Part shown: one piece after another, positions 17,511-27,830 of the stretch | How positions within the stretch are numbered: position 1 is the stretch's first letter | Layout: every line of letters starts with the position of its first letter | Source of the DNA: Methanocella sp. | GTDB taxonomy: Archaea; Thermoproteota; Bathyarchaeia; Bathyarchaeales; Bathycorpusculaceae | Assembly (NCBI GenBank): GCA_050261115.1 | Contig: JBLNCY010000004.1 | Span: 1 to 36,367 of the forward strand | Length of the DNA stretch: 36,367 nucleotides | Reading direction: 5' to 3' | Program-made: the position numbers and the translations under genes | The notes under the pieces: model-generated | What the model was told of the DNA's origin: nothing | Seen by the model: only the letters and a program-made list of their open reading frames with translations | Database searches by the model: none

Positions 17511-19727
17511 ATGGGAAATCAGCAACCGCATCGAAGCCGCGGCGTAAAAGTTCTCAAAGCCGTTTCGTCACCTCTGCGTCTACAAATCCTAAACCTTCTT
17601 TTCGACAAAAGCGCTTTGTCCTATACAGAATTGATGAACGAACTAAAAATGAATCCCAGCCGCGATGCAGGACGATTCGCTTATCACCTAAAATTTATGA
17701 TCAAAGCTGGGTTGGTTGAAGCAGATGTTGAAGCAAAAAAGTATTACTTAACCGACTTGGGCAAAATGGTCCTTGATGTAGCTGACCGGGTCGAGAAAAA
17801 AGCAGTTAAACCCTCCGGCATGATGGTGCGCACCTCGCGTTTGACATTGGAAGAGTTTGATGTTAACAAAATCGTAAATTCACTCATTAAAGAAGCGAAA
17901 GTTCCTGTTGAACTTGCACAGAAAGCCGCCAAAGAAGCCGAGAAACGCCTCATCAAATCCAAAACCAAGTACATCACGGCGCCCCTAATCCGCGAAATAG
18001 TTAACGGAATCCTAGTAGAGAAGGGTTATGAGGACTACCGTCACAAACTCACCCGAGTAGGCATGCCTATCAATGAAGTAACCGCACTCCTGGAATCCAA
18101 AGATGCACAGCTAAACTCTGGGGAAACCATCGATAAGGCAGGGCAAACTGTTCTCTCAGAATATGCTTTGTTGAATATTTTTCCACGTGACATCGCTGAT
18201 GCTCATCTCTCGGGCGCTATCCACATCGATAATTTAGGTACATGGGCGCTCAAACCCAACGAAGTAATCCATGAACTGCGCTACTTCTACCAGCACGGCG
18301 TCAAACTAAGCAACCCCCAACAGTTCTCCATTAAACCACCTACCAACTTCAAATCCGCACTAGCAGTTGCTTTTGACGTCATGCTGCTCACAAGCAGAGA
18401 AATTAATCAAACTCAGACCTTCAATTACTTCAACGTACACCTCGGGCCCTTTGTAGGTGGCTGCGATACCGCCGAATTAAAAGAGAACCTGCGCCTTTTT
18501 TTGCTCAACATTAACCGGCATGCAGATGCCACAATCGGCATAGAACTATACATGTCAAAATCATTCATGGAGAAAGAAGCGATTGGACCTCAAGGGGCGA
18601 TATATGGAAAATACGGCAATTTCTTCCATGAAAGCCAACTAGTCGCCTCATTGCTGGTTGAGATTTTTGCCGAAGAATGCGCATTAACGCCTCTACTTAA
18701 CCCAAAACTAGTCTTACGCGTCAACAACGACGCTTTAAATGATGAAAAAAGCCTCTCCATAATAGAGAAAGCTCACGAAGCTGCAGCCAAATCCGGCGCC
18801 ATATACTTCGCCAACTTAACCAGGAAAGAAAACGAGAACGCCTCTTTTTCCTCCACAGGCATAAAATTCACCCCTGACCTAACGGGGGAATGGGAAACTG
18901 ACACTCTACGAGTATGCAACTTAGGCCGCATAGCCATTAACATGCCACGAATAGCCCTAGAATGCGACAAAGACCCCAACAAATTCATTGAATTAGCCAA
19001 GGAACGCTTTGAATTCGCCGCACGCGCCTTAACAATAAAGAGCAATGCACTCAAACAGTTCGGCAAGGGCGCTATGCCCTTTTTAATGCAGAAAGGCAAC
19101 GGCGACAGTTACTTCCGAATTGAGAATTGCTCCAAACTCATTAATCTTGTTGGCATCCAAGAAGCAATCGAGACCCTCACTGAGACGCCTATAACCAGCG
19201 AGGAAAGCCGCAAGTTCCTCGGAGAACTCATCACAAACCTTTTTACTTTTAGGCAGAAACTGGGACGTAAGTATGGGAAACGCATTTACCCCGTACTCTT
19301 AGGTGACCGTGAAGCAGCAGAACGCCTTGCCTTACTTGACATCGAACGCTTCGGCGTGACCAAAACCAAGTTTTCGGGTACCCGCGACAAACCATACTAT
19401 TCCACAATACGACGCATACCTGTAAAGCGGGGTCAGCCGCTTGTGGCGCCACAGGGCACCTTGGAGATGGCGCGTCTAGTAGAAAGCTTAAATGCGGGAG
19501 GGAGCCTCGACGTCTATGAGCTAGACGACGGCGAATACCAACTCGACGCACTAATGTATTTCACTAAGAGGGTTTTTGATAATCAAGCCAGTGACCTCTT
19601 TACCTACAACCGGATTGTAAGCTTCTGTGGAAACTGCAAGAAAAGCGGAGTTGGAATAATTCATAAGTGCCCAAGCTGCGGTTCAATGAGCACTATTACC
19701 CGGTTTGATCGCTTTGTTTCTACTTAA
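17511..19727 (+). CDS. ArsR-type wHTH + ATP-cone + catalytically degenerate class III ribonucleotide reductase (NrdD-like) fusion
   Basis: wHTH (SSPLRLQILNLL...AYHLKFM..AGLV...YYLTDLG); ATP-cone (VRTS...EEFDVNKIVNSL...ITAPLIREIVN); NrdD body (ADAHLSGAIHI, GEWETDTLR, INMPRIA, PYYS, CGNC...CPSCG); catalytic Cys and Gly motifs absent. Confidence 0.85.
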   Translation: MGNQQPHRSRGVKVLKAVSSPLRLQILNLLFDKSALSYTELMNELKMNPSRDAGRFAYHLKFMIKAGLVEADVEAKKYYLTDLGKMVLDVADRVEKKAVKPSGMMVRTSRLTLEEFDVNKIVNSLIKEAKVPVELAQKAAKEAEKRLIKSKTKYITAPLIREIVNGILVEKGYEDYRHKLTRVGMPINEVTALLESKDAQLNSGETIDKAGQTVLSEYALLNIFPRDIADAHLSGAIHIDNLGTWALKPNEVIHELRYFYQHGVKLSNPQQFSIKPPTNFKSALAVAFDVMLLTSREINQTQTFNYFNVHLGPFVGGCDTAELKENLRLFLLNINRHADATIGIELYMSKSFMEKEAIGPQGAIYGKYGNFFHESQLVASLLVEIFAEECALTPLLNPKLVLRVNNDALNDEKSLSIIEKAHEAAAKSGAIYFANLTRKENENASFSSTGIKFTPDLTGEWETDTLRVCNLGRIAINMPRIALECDKDPNKFIELAKERFEFAARALTIKSNALKQFGKGAMPFLMQKGNGDSYFRIENCSKLINLVGIQEAIETLTETPITSEESRKFLGELITNLFTFRQKLGRKYGKRIYPVLLGDREAAERLALLDIERFGVTKTKFSGTRDKPYYSTIRRIPVKRGQPLVAPQGTLEMARLVESLNAGGSLDVYELDDGEYQLDALMYFTKRVFDNQASDLFTYNRIVSFCGNCKKSGVGIIHKCPSCGSMSTITRFDRFVST

Positions 19728-20672
<945 letters not shown>

Positions 20673-20718
20673 CTAATACTGCTAATTAACACTTGTGTGT
20701 CGAAGACTCGGTTGAGCG

Positions 20719-22278
20719 TTATTCGCCGACTATTAGAGATTTACCTGTCATTTCGCTAGGCTGCTTGATATGCATTAACTGCAGAATTGTTGGCGCCACA
20801 TCACCCAACCGTCCGCCCTCACGCAACTTTATGTCCTCATCAGTTACTACAATGAACGGTATGGGGTTGAGGGTATGAGCTGTCCAAGGGCCGCCAGTTT
20901 CTAAATCAAACAACTGCTCGGCATGCCCATGATCCGACATAACTACGCAAACTGCCCCAACCTCTTTTGCCGCTGCAACAACACGCGATAAGCATGCATC
21001 AACGTACTCAAGCGCCTTTATTGTTGCTTCAAGGTTTGCGGTATGCGAAACCATGTCTGGATTAGCATAATTAACCAGAATAAACGCGTATTTTTTTGAG
21101 TAGATTTGCTCGACTAGTTTATCCGTAACTTCACAAGCGCTCATCTCAGGCTTTAAATCATAGGTCGAGACTTTGGGTGAATTTACCAAAATCCGGTCTT
21201 CGCCGGGACTTGGGGTTTCTTCGCCTCCGTTAAAAAAGAATGTAACATGTGCATACTTTTCGGTTTCTGCGATGCGTAACTGCCGTAGCCCCAAGCGACT
21301 TATGACTTGGCCTAGTTTGTTTTCAAGTCGCAACGGCGGAAATACAGTTGGTAACTGGAATGTTTTATCATATTCGGTCATGCATACAACGTCGGTTTTG
21401 TGGAAAATTATGCGGTCAAATCCATCAAAATCGGGCTTGTAGAAACTCTGGACCAATTGCCTTGGGCGGTCAGACCTAAAATTGTAAAATATCACTAAGT
21501 CACCGTCCTCAAAGCCAAAATAATTCGTGTCTTCGTTTTTTATGACGGTTGGGCAAACAAATTCGTCGCCTTCATCGCGCTGATAAGCATGTTCCAAAGC
21601 ATTTTCCGCGGAAGTATCTTGGAGTCCTCTACCTAACGCTATTGCAAAGTACGCTTTAGCAGTACGATCCCATCGGCAATCTCTGTCCATAGCGTAGTAG
21701 CGGCCCATCACAGTTGCGATCCTGCCAACATTTAGCTGTCGGATTTTTTCCTGCAATGCCAGAATGTACTTTTTAGCGATTCTAGGTGGCGTATCTCTTC
21801 CATCCAGAATAGCATGGACCCATACCTTTTGGCAGTCTAATCGACGTGTAAACTCGAGCAATGCAAACAGGTGCCCTATGTCGCTATGTACGCCGCCGTC
21901 CGATAGTAACCCGATTAAGTGCACGTTTTTGTTGTTTTCTTTGGCTTTTTTTAGATGTGTTTGCAGGGTTTGATTTTTGAAAAAGTCGCCGTTTTTTATG
22001 GACGTGTTTATTCTTACTAGGTCTTGGGGAACTACGCGTCCTGCGCCTATGTTAAGGTGTCCAACTTCCGAGTTTCCCATTATGCCTTCGGGGAGACCCA
22101 CGTCGCCGTTAGATGCACTAAGTGTAGTGTGTGGATACTGGTTCTGCAGTTTGGTCATAGTTGGCAGGTTTGCTTGTGCAATGGCGTTGCCAGGTGTTTT
22201 GGGTGCTATCCCCCAGCCGTCGAGGATAACTAGTATGAGCGGTTTGATATTTTGGGCCTCAGGACGAGATGTTACCAA
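20719..22278 (-). CDS. gpmI: 2,3-bisphosphoglycerate-independent phosphoglycerate mutase (bacterial-type iPGM)
   Basis: ILDGWG, MGNSEVGHLNIGAG, GLLSDGGVHS, GRYYAMDRD, AETEKYAHVTFF, SDHG. Confidence 0.95.
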   Translation of the reverse strand: MVTSRPEAQNIKPLILVILDGWGIAPKTPGNAIAQANLPTMTKLQNQYPHTTLSASNGDVGLPEGIMGNSEVGHLNIGAGRVVPQDLVRINTSIKNGDFFKNQTLQTHLKKAKENNKNVHLIGLLSDGGVHSDIGHLFALLEFTRRLDCQKVWVHAILDGRDTPPRIAKKYILALQEKIRQLNVGRIATVMGRYYAMDRDCRWDRTAKAYFAIALGRGLQDTSAENALEHAYQRDEGDEFVCPTVIKNEDTNYFGFEDGDLVIFYNFRSDRPRQLVQSFYKPDFDGFDRIIFHKTDVVCMTEYDKTFQLPTVFPPLRLENKLGQVISRLGLRQLRIAETEKYAHVTFFFNGGEETPSPGEDRILVNSPKVSTYDLKPEMSACEVTDKLVEQIYSKKYAFILVNYANPDMVSHTANLEATIKALEYVDACLSRVVAAAKEVGAVCVVMSDHGHAEQLFDLETGGPWTAHTLNPIPFIVVTDEDIKLREGGRLGDVAPTILQLMHIKQPSEMTGKSLIVGE

Positions 22279-22413
22279 TGAGTTTTCCTCCTGTTGAATG
22301 ACGGGTTAGTGCTAATAGGTCTTTTTGTTGATTGTAAAAACTTCTATACTAGGGGTTTGTTGTCTGTTTTTTATATGTGACAGCGGCATTAAGAATGCTG
22401 ATGAGGGACTGTA

Positions 22414-23397
22414 TTGATGCGTGTTTGGTATGATGCTGGTACAGGAAAACAGGTCCGATACGCTGCAGCAATAGGTAAACGCCTGCGGAAAAAGTACAAG
22501 TATATTTTTACAACTCGAGAGCACCCCGATACTGTAGCGTTGGCGCGGTTGATTGGCGAGGAACCGCTGGTTGTGGGGAACTATAATCCTGCCTCATTAA
22601 ATACTCGTCTAAAAGAGAGCGCTGAACGCATACTTGACTTCTTGGAGATGTTTAAAGATAATCTTCCCGACGCTGCGGTGGCGCACCAATCGGTGGAGCT
22701 GTGTTCAACTGCGTTTGGGTTAGGGATTCCGATTATCCTGACGGCTGATACACCCTACGCTTACGCAGTTAACAGACTCACGATACCTCTAGCACATACG
22801 CTTGTGGTTTCTGAGGCGTTGCCAAGAGGCTTCGCAAAGTGTTTCTGTGCCCGAAACGTTGTGACTTTTAGGGGTGTTGATGAGGTTGCATGGATAAAGG
22901 GGTTAAAGCCTACGCCTATTGAGGGTTTGAAGCGGCCGTTTATAGTCGTTAGGCAGATGGAGACTAAAGCCGCTTATGCAGCCAACAAAGCCGACGTCTC
23001 AGATGCACTGCTACAAAAGCTCTCAAAGTTAGGATCTGTACATTATCTTAACAGGTATAACCCCAACGGTCAGAGCTATAGGAAAAAACCTGTGTTCGAA
23101 GACTCGGTGAATTTAGTAGCCAATGCCGATTTAGTGGTTAATTATGGCGGAACCATCGCCCGCGAAGCTGCACTGCTGGGGGTTCCAAGCATCGCCATAT
23201 CAGATATGGCCAAGACCTACGTTAACCGTTACGTAGCCAAGAAAGGTTTCCCGCTGTTCATAACTAACGAAGACCGCGTGTTTGAGTACGCCAAGAAGTA
23301 TATAGGTAAACGATTTGACGTACATGACAAGCTCGATGCGTTAGAGAACCCCGTGGACCTTATAGAGGGCTTAGTGGAGCAGGTAACAAAGAAATAA
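22414..23397 (+). CDS. DUF354 family protein (GT-B fold-like)
   Basis: RVWYDAGTGKQ, FRGVDEVAW, GGTIAREAALLGVPSI. Confidence 0.8.
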   Translation: MMRVWYDAGTGKQVRYAAAIGKRLRKKYKYIFTTREHPDTVALARLIGEEPLVVGNYNPASLNTRLKESAERILDFLEMFKDNLPDAAVAHQSVELCSTAFGLGIPIILTADTPYAYAVNRLTIPLAHTLVVSEALPRGFAKCFCARNVVTFRGVDEVAWIKGLKPTPIEGLKRPFIVVRQMETKAAYAANKADVSDALLQKLSKLGSVHYLNRYNPNGQSYRKKPVFEDSVNLVANADLVVNYGGTIAREAALLGVPSIAISDMAKTYVNRYVAKKGFPLFITNEDRVFEYAKKYIGKRFDVHDKLDALENPVDLIEGLVEQVTKK

Positions 23398-23506
23398 CTT
23401 GTATAACTCAAGCTTTTGCTGGTCTGTTATATTGGAGTATCCGTTTTTGAGCGGTACCTTTAATATTTATTGCCCAAATCCTCATTGGTGCCTAATGGTG
23501 AATCTT

Positions 23507-24466
23507 ATGGCAAAAATTAGCGTAAACCAACTCGCGTGGCAAAAAGCCCAAAAACTCCTCGAGAATCCCGTCTATTATGGCGTAGAAATCACCAAATCCG
23601 CCGCAGGCGCAACAATAATCGACGCAGGCGTCAAGGCCCCTGGCGGTTTTGAAGCAGGAAAACTGCTAACCGAGCTATGCTTGGGCGGCGCAGGCAAAGC
23701 AGAACTTGGTTACAAGAGCTACGGCGATCTTGACTTCCCTTCGATAACAATTACCTCTGATTATCCGGCTATAGCCATGTTAGGCAGTCAGTTTGCAGGC
23801 TGGCGGATAAAAGACGGCGACAATATCGCCATCGGCTCCGGTCCTGTCCGCGCCATCGCACTTAAACCTAAGGAAATCTATGAGGAGCTTCACTATACCG
23901 ATGCAAGCGATAGAGCGGTCATAACTTTGGAGAGCAACGTACTCCCCTCTGACACGCTAGTAGAGAAGGTCTGTAAGGCAAGCAACCTACTGCCCCAGAA
24001 TCTAATCATTATGGTGGCTCCAACTGCAAGCATTGCTGGGTTAACACAGGTTGCAGGTCGCGTTGTAGAAGTGGGCATTCATAAACTTCACACCTTAGGT
24101 TTCGACCCCAAAGTTATCCGCTATGCAATGGGTTATGCACCGATTCCACCTGTTGGCCCAGACTTCGAAGTCGCTATGGCAAGAACCAACGACGTCATAC
24201 TCTATGGAGGAACCGTTTATTTGACTGTTGATTACGATGATGAAGCAAAACTGCAGGACCTTGTTAAGAAGGCGCCTTCAATTAACTCAAAAGATTACGG
24301 CAAACCATTCATAGACATATTCCTAAATGCCGACAAAGACTTTTACAAGATTGATCCGGGCCTATTTGCTCCTGCAGTGTTAATGATAAACAATGCAAGG
24401 ACAGGCCGAACGTTTAAAGCTGGAGAAATAAATCCGAAAGTTTTAGCCCAAGCGTTGGGCTTCTAA
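23507..24466 (+). CDS. mch: methenyltetrahydromethanopterin cyclohydrolase
   Basis: IIDAGV, LCLGG, GSQFAGW, GSGPVRA, APTASIAG, RTNDVILYGG, DFYKIDPGLFAPA; start placed at ATG 23507 after a ggtga SD. Confidence 0.93.
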   Translation: MAKISVNQLAWQKAQKLLENPVYYGVEITKSAAGATIIDAGVKAPGGFEAGKLLTELCLGGAGKAELGYKSYGDLDFPSITITSDYPAIAMLGSQFAGWRIKDGDNIAIGSGPVRAIALKPKEIYEELHYTDASDRAVITLESNVLPSDTLVEKVCKASNLLPQNLIIMVAPTASIAGLTQVAGRVVEVGIHKLHTLGFDPKVIRYAMGYAPIPPVGPDFEVAMARTNDVILYGGTVYLTVDYDDEAKLQDLVKKAPSINSKDYGKPFIDIFLNADKDFYKIDPGLFAPAVLMINNARTGRTFKAGEINPKVLAQALGF

Positions 24467-24473
24467 ACTTTCT

Positions 24474-25070
24474 TTAATTTTTTACTTTTACTCTATTTTC
24501 TATTGCAGCGGTTACAGCCATCGAGACCGGTATTGTGTATGCTGCGATTATGGCGTTAAAGATTGCTATTACAGGTATTAAGGCCATGACAACTGGTTCA
24601 CCTAATTCATAACCGAAGGGGGGGCTTTGCGGTAACGCGAAATAGTTAACGACTGACATGACAGCTACGCGTAGGATTGCGCCGAGGGCGGTTGCGGCTA
24701 GAGTTATTATGAGTATGTGTTTTTTTAGGTAGTTTGTTTTGTTTTCTTTTTTGTTCCAGGTTGCTAGCTTGTAGGGGAGGTATATGCCCAGCATCATGGC
24801 AAGTGCTGCAGTTAAATTATATATTGGTCCTGCTGGTAGGCCGCCTTGGAAGAACATGAATAGGACAATGGTGTTTAGTCCTGCTACTGCTAATCCGGTT
24901 TTGGGGCCGATTAGTAGGAAGGCGACTACGATGGGGATTTCCCATATTTGGAAGTATAGGAAGTCTGCGAGTGGGAAGGGGATTTTTGGTCCGTATAGGT
25001 TTAGTGCGATTGCTAGTGCGGAGAAGATTATGATGAGTGCGAGTGTTTTTGTGCTGGTTTTTAGGTTCAC
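24474..25070 (-). CDS. ECF transporter S component-like membrane protein
   Basis: multi-TM; LYFQIWEIPIVVAFLLIGPKTG...RVAVMSVVNY...AIFN resembles the S-component pattern. Confidence 0.7.
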   Translation of the reverse strand: MNLKTSTKTLALIIIFSALAIALNLYGPKIPFPLADFLYFQIWEIPIVVAFLLIGPKTGLAVAGLNTIVLFMFFQGGLPAGPIYNLTAALAMMLGIYLPYKLATWNKKENKTNYLKKHILIITLAATALGAILRVAVMSVVNYFALPQSPPFGYELGEPVVMALIPVIAIFNAIIAAYTIPVSMAVTAAIENRVKVKN

Positions 25071-25193
25071 TTTGTTTCCTCGGTTCTAACATGCCCTTGC
25101 TACCTATTTAAGAGTAGCTACCCAAAATAGAGTATATCAATTTGGCTAAAAATACATAAACAAGCAAACCTAACAATTGGTAAGTGAGACGAT

Positions 25194-26447
25194 TTGGCTG
25201 AAACCACAATCCGATTCTCCACGTCCATAGAAGCCAAACGCTGGCTGGAAAACCAAACAGGCTCCGTCTTAACCCCCGTCCACGCCCAAGCAAAACGATT
25301 ACGCGACGAAATGAACCTACAAATACTCGCCCTCGCCGACGTAAGCAACCTACTCCAAGATGTAAGCGCCAAAGAAATCGAGAAAAGAAACATGAAAGTC
25401 TACAACCGCGCACGAGCCCTAAACAAACTAGCAAAACTATTCCTTGACCGACTCAAAAAATTAACCCCGCCAGAACAGGTCTCATACGACTCCATCAACA
25501 GATATGCTGGAGAAATACAAAAAATACTGATAGTCTTTGATATAGACACTAAGAACTGGTTTCCCCGAATTTCACCCTTCTTCATAATGGACCGCCGAAA
25601 ATTCTTAGGTATCTACGAAAAAACCAGACAAACCTACAATGCCTTAACCGACTTTTTAAACAAAGAATACATAAAAACAAAAACCCTCGAAGAAGCCCTA
25701 CAACAATTAAACGACCTACAAAATATAGAAAAACAACTCCAAACGATTGAAGAAGACAAAAACAACATAAAAAACGAGCGTGTCCCACTTGAGCAGGAAA
25801 TTGCTGATTTAGAACAAAAAGTTAAGACGTTGCAAACTCAAGGACCTATCGAAAAGCTCAACCTTGTTAACACTGAAATTGAAACTCTTAGCAATGAAAT
25901 CAAATATGCGCTGCGGCATCTGCAGAAGCCTTTTATTAAGATGCAGGCGATGGCCACTTCGGGCGGCGGAGGCGGCATTAGACCTGACGAACTTGCAAAA
26001 ATTAATCAGTATCTAGAAAAACCCTTTGATGCATTAGCCCAAGAGCAAACGGGATACCCCACTCTTAGAGAGATACTTGAAAAACTTGAAGGTATGCTAG
26101 CTAAAGATACCTTGAAGCTAAAGCCTGACAAAGCCCGAAAAGCGGAAGAATCTATCCGTGAAATCCTGCGCCAAAACTCGCTGGATAACTTGCAGCTTAG
26201 ATGCAAAGCCATGGCAGTCAACCGTGATCAACTATTGGCCTCAGCGAAACTAGACGAAACCCTCCAAAGCATAGCAGACTATCAAGACAAGCTAGTACAG
26301 CTTAAAGCCAGAAAAACAAGCATAGAAACCCATGAAAGCGTAAAAGACAGCGCATACCAAGAGACCATAGACAAAATCAATAACCAAAAAAGGGTAATAG
26401 AAAAGAATATTGCAACTGCACTGGGCACAAAAATTCAGATAGCTTAA
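25194..26447 (+). CDS. long coiled-coil hypothetical protein
   Basis: 417-aa heptad-rich ORF; no nucleotide-binding motif seen. Confidence 0.75.
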   Translation: MAETTIRFSTSIEAKRWLENQTGSVLTPVHAQAKRLRDEMNLQILALADVSNLLQDVSAKEIEKRNMKVYNRARALNKLAKLFLDRLKKLTPPEQVSYDSINRYAGEIQKILIVFDIDTKNWFPRISPFFIMDRRKFLGIYEKTRQTYNALTDFLNKEYIKTKTLEEALQQLNDLQNIEKQLQTIEEDKNNIKNERVPLEQEIADLEQKVKTLQTQGPIEKLNLVNTEIETLSNEIKYALRHLQKPFIKMQAMATSGGGGGIRPDELAKINQYLEKPFDALAQEQTGYPTLREILEKLEGMLAKDTLKLKPDKARKAEESIREILRQNSLDNLQLRCKAMAVNRDQLLASAKLDETLQSIADYQDKLVQLKARKTSIETHESVKDSAYQETIDKINNQKRVIEKNIATALGTKIQIA

Positions 26448-27115
26448 CTTCCCTTTTTGTGAACCTCGTAGACCAATAATACGTGGTCTTTTATCTGCTC
26501 ACATTTTGTCATGGTAAGCTTAACTGGTGTTTCTACATTTCTAAACAAGTTAACTGCTTTTTTGCCCACTATCTCTGGGGCAACCATTAACCAGATCTCA
26601 TTAACTAGCCCTGCTTCTAGAAGTGCAGCCGCCAAAACACCGCCCGTATCTGTAGCTGCAGTTTCAAAACCATACCGCCTGTTTAACTCTTCAAGCGCGA
26701 CCCTATAATCTACATGATCGCTACCGGCGACGATATAATCATAGTTTCTTGCCTTGAGATACTCCAAATAGTCAGGTGGGGTCTTGCTTGAAACCAGTAC
26801 TATAACGTCTTTGCCGTAACCGGATTGGCGGTAAACATGCAATAACCCTTTTAATTTGGCCCTGCTGTCTGCGATTGCCCAGTAAGGTCGAGGGTCTCCC
26901 GGTTTTATTTTGGGTTTTATGCAGTCCTGGGTTTGCTCGTCGGGGATTTTTTCGTAAAACAACTCGATTCCTGTTCGGGCGGTGTCTGATCCAACGAGCA
27001 TGACTTGAGCGCCTAATTGGCTTGCGACTTCATAGTGTGAAGGTATGTTAATGTCAAAGTCCTTGATGGCGCCATCTATGCTGATGGTATTAAAAATGAT
27101 GACTTTGGGTAACAT
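26444..27115 (-). CDS. RibD C-terminal/dihydrofolate reductase-fold family protein
   Basis: PKVIIFNTISIDG, MLVGSDT, DTGGVL, GLVNEIWLMVAPEIVG. Confidence 0.85.
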   Translation of the reverse strand: MLPKVIIFNTISIDGAIKDFDINIPSHYEVASQLGAQVMLVGSDTARTGIELFYEKIPDEQTQDCIKPKIKPGDPRPYWAIADSRAKLKGLLHVYRQSGYGKDVIVLVSSKTPPDYLEYLKARNYDYIVAGSDHVDYRVALEELNRRYGFETAATDTGGVLAAALLEAGLVNEIWLMVAPEIVGKKAVNLFRNVETPVKLTMTKCEQIKDHVLLVYEVHKKGS

Positions 27116-27185
27116 GGATAGCGATTAGAGATACTTTGTATTTTAGAATTGTTAACTTATCCATGGCAAGTCTGTGGCGGGGGAC

Positions 27186-27665
27186 TTAGGGGTTGCTTTT
27201 CATTTCTTCTTTGAATGTTTCTTCAAGCATCTTTTTGTTTATCCCAAGTTCTTCAGCAAGCCGCTTAGTTTGCTTGACATAGGTGCGAAAGAGGCTTTGG
27301 AGAATTTCGGTTTTTTCCCCTTCATTTAATTCCTCTTCTTCTGCCAAGAGTAGAGCGAACCATCTTCCGAGAGTTGTAAGTTGGTAGGCTTTAATCCAGA
27401 TGATGCGGCCTTCGTTTTCCTTTTTTTCCATGCTTTCGTTTAGCACGCCTAGGGCAGTCATGGTTTTTAGGTTCTCGATTATGGTTTTATTTGAATAGTT
27501 GAGTTTTTTTACGAGGTCTTTTTGGTAAATGTTTTTGATTATGCCCTGTTTTAGGCTAAATCGTAGTATGTCAACGCCAGCTTTTGAACCAAAAATCGCG
27601 GATAGGATTTTATCCTTTTTTTCTGCGGGAAGAAATACTACATAGGGATTTAGTTTTTCTATCAA
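27186..27665 (-). CDS. winged-helix DNA-binding protein
   Basis: YQKDLVKKLNYSNKTIIENLK...YQLTTLGRW. Confidence 0.7.
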   Translation of the reverse strand: MIEKLNPYVVFLPAEKKDKILSAIFGSKAGVDILRFSLKQGIIKNIYQKDLVKKLNYSNKTIIENLKTMTALGVLNESMEKKENEGRIIWIKAYQLTTLGRWFALLLAEEEELNEGEKTEILQSLFRTYVKQTKRLAEELGINKKMLEETFKEEMKSNP

Positions 27666-27830
27666 TGCTGGCTTACCTAAATAGCTATGGAGACTTTCTC
27701 CTTTTAAAAATTACCCATGCTATACCGAAGCTTCTATCAACACAGCTATAGTTCAAAACCGCTAATTTGGAAAAACCGTTTTATACTCCGCGTCAGCTTT
27801 GACAGCTATAAACCATAACGCGAGGGCACA

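Noticed and set aside
17511-19727. Calling this gene a functional nrdD
   Set aside because: The glycyl-radical motif and both catalytic Cys positions appear absent, and no activase gene is adjacent.
23399-23506. N-terminal extension of Mch in the ORF track
   Set aside because: The region contains a TATA-like box and an SD; ATG 23507 matches the usual Mch start.
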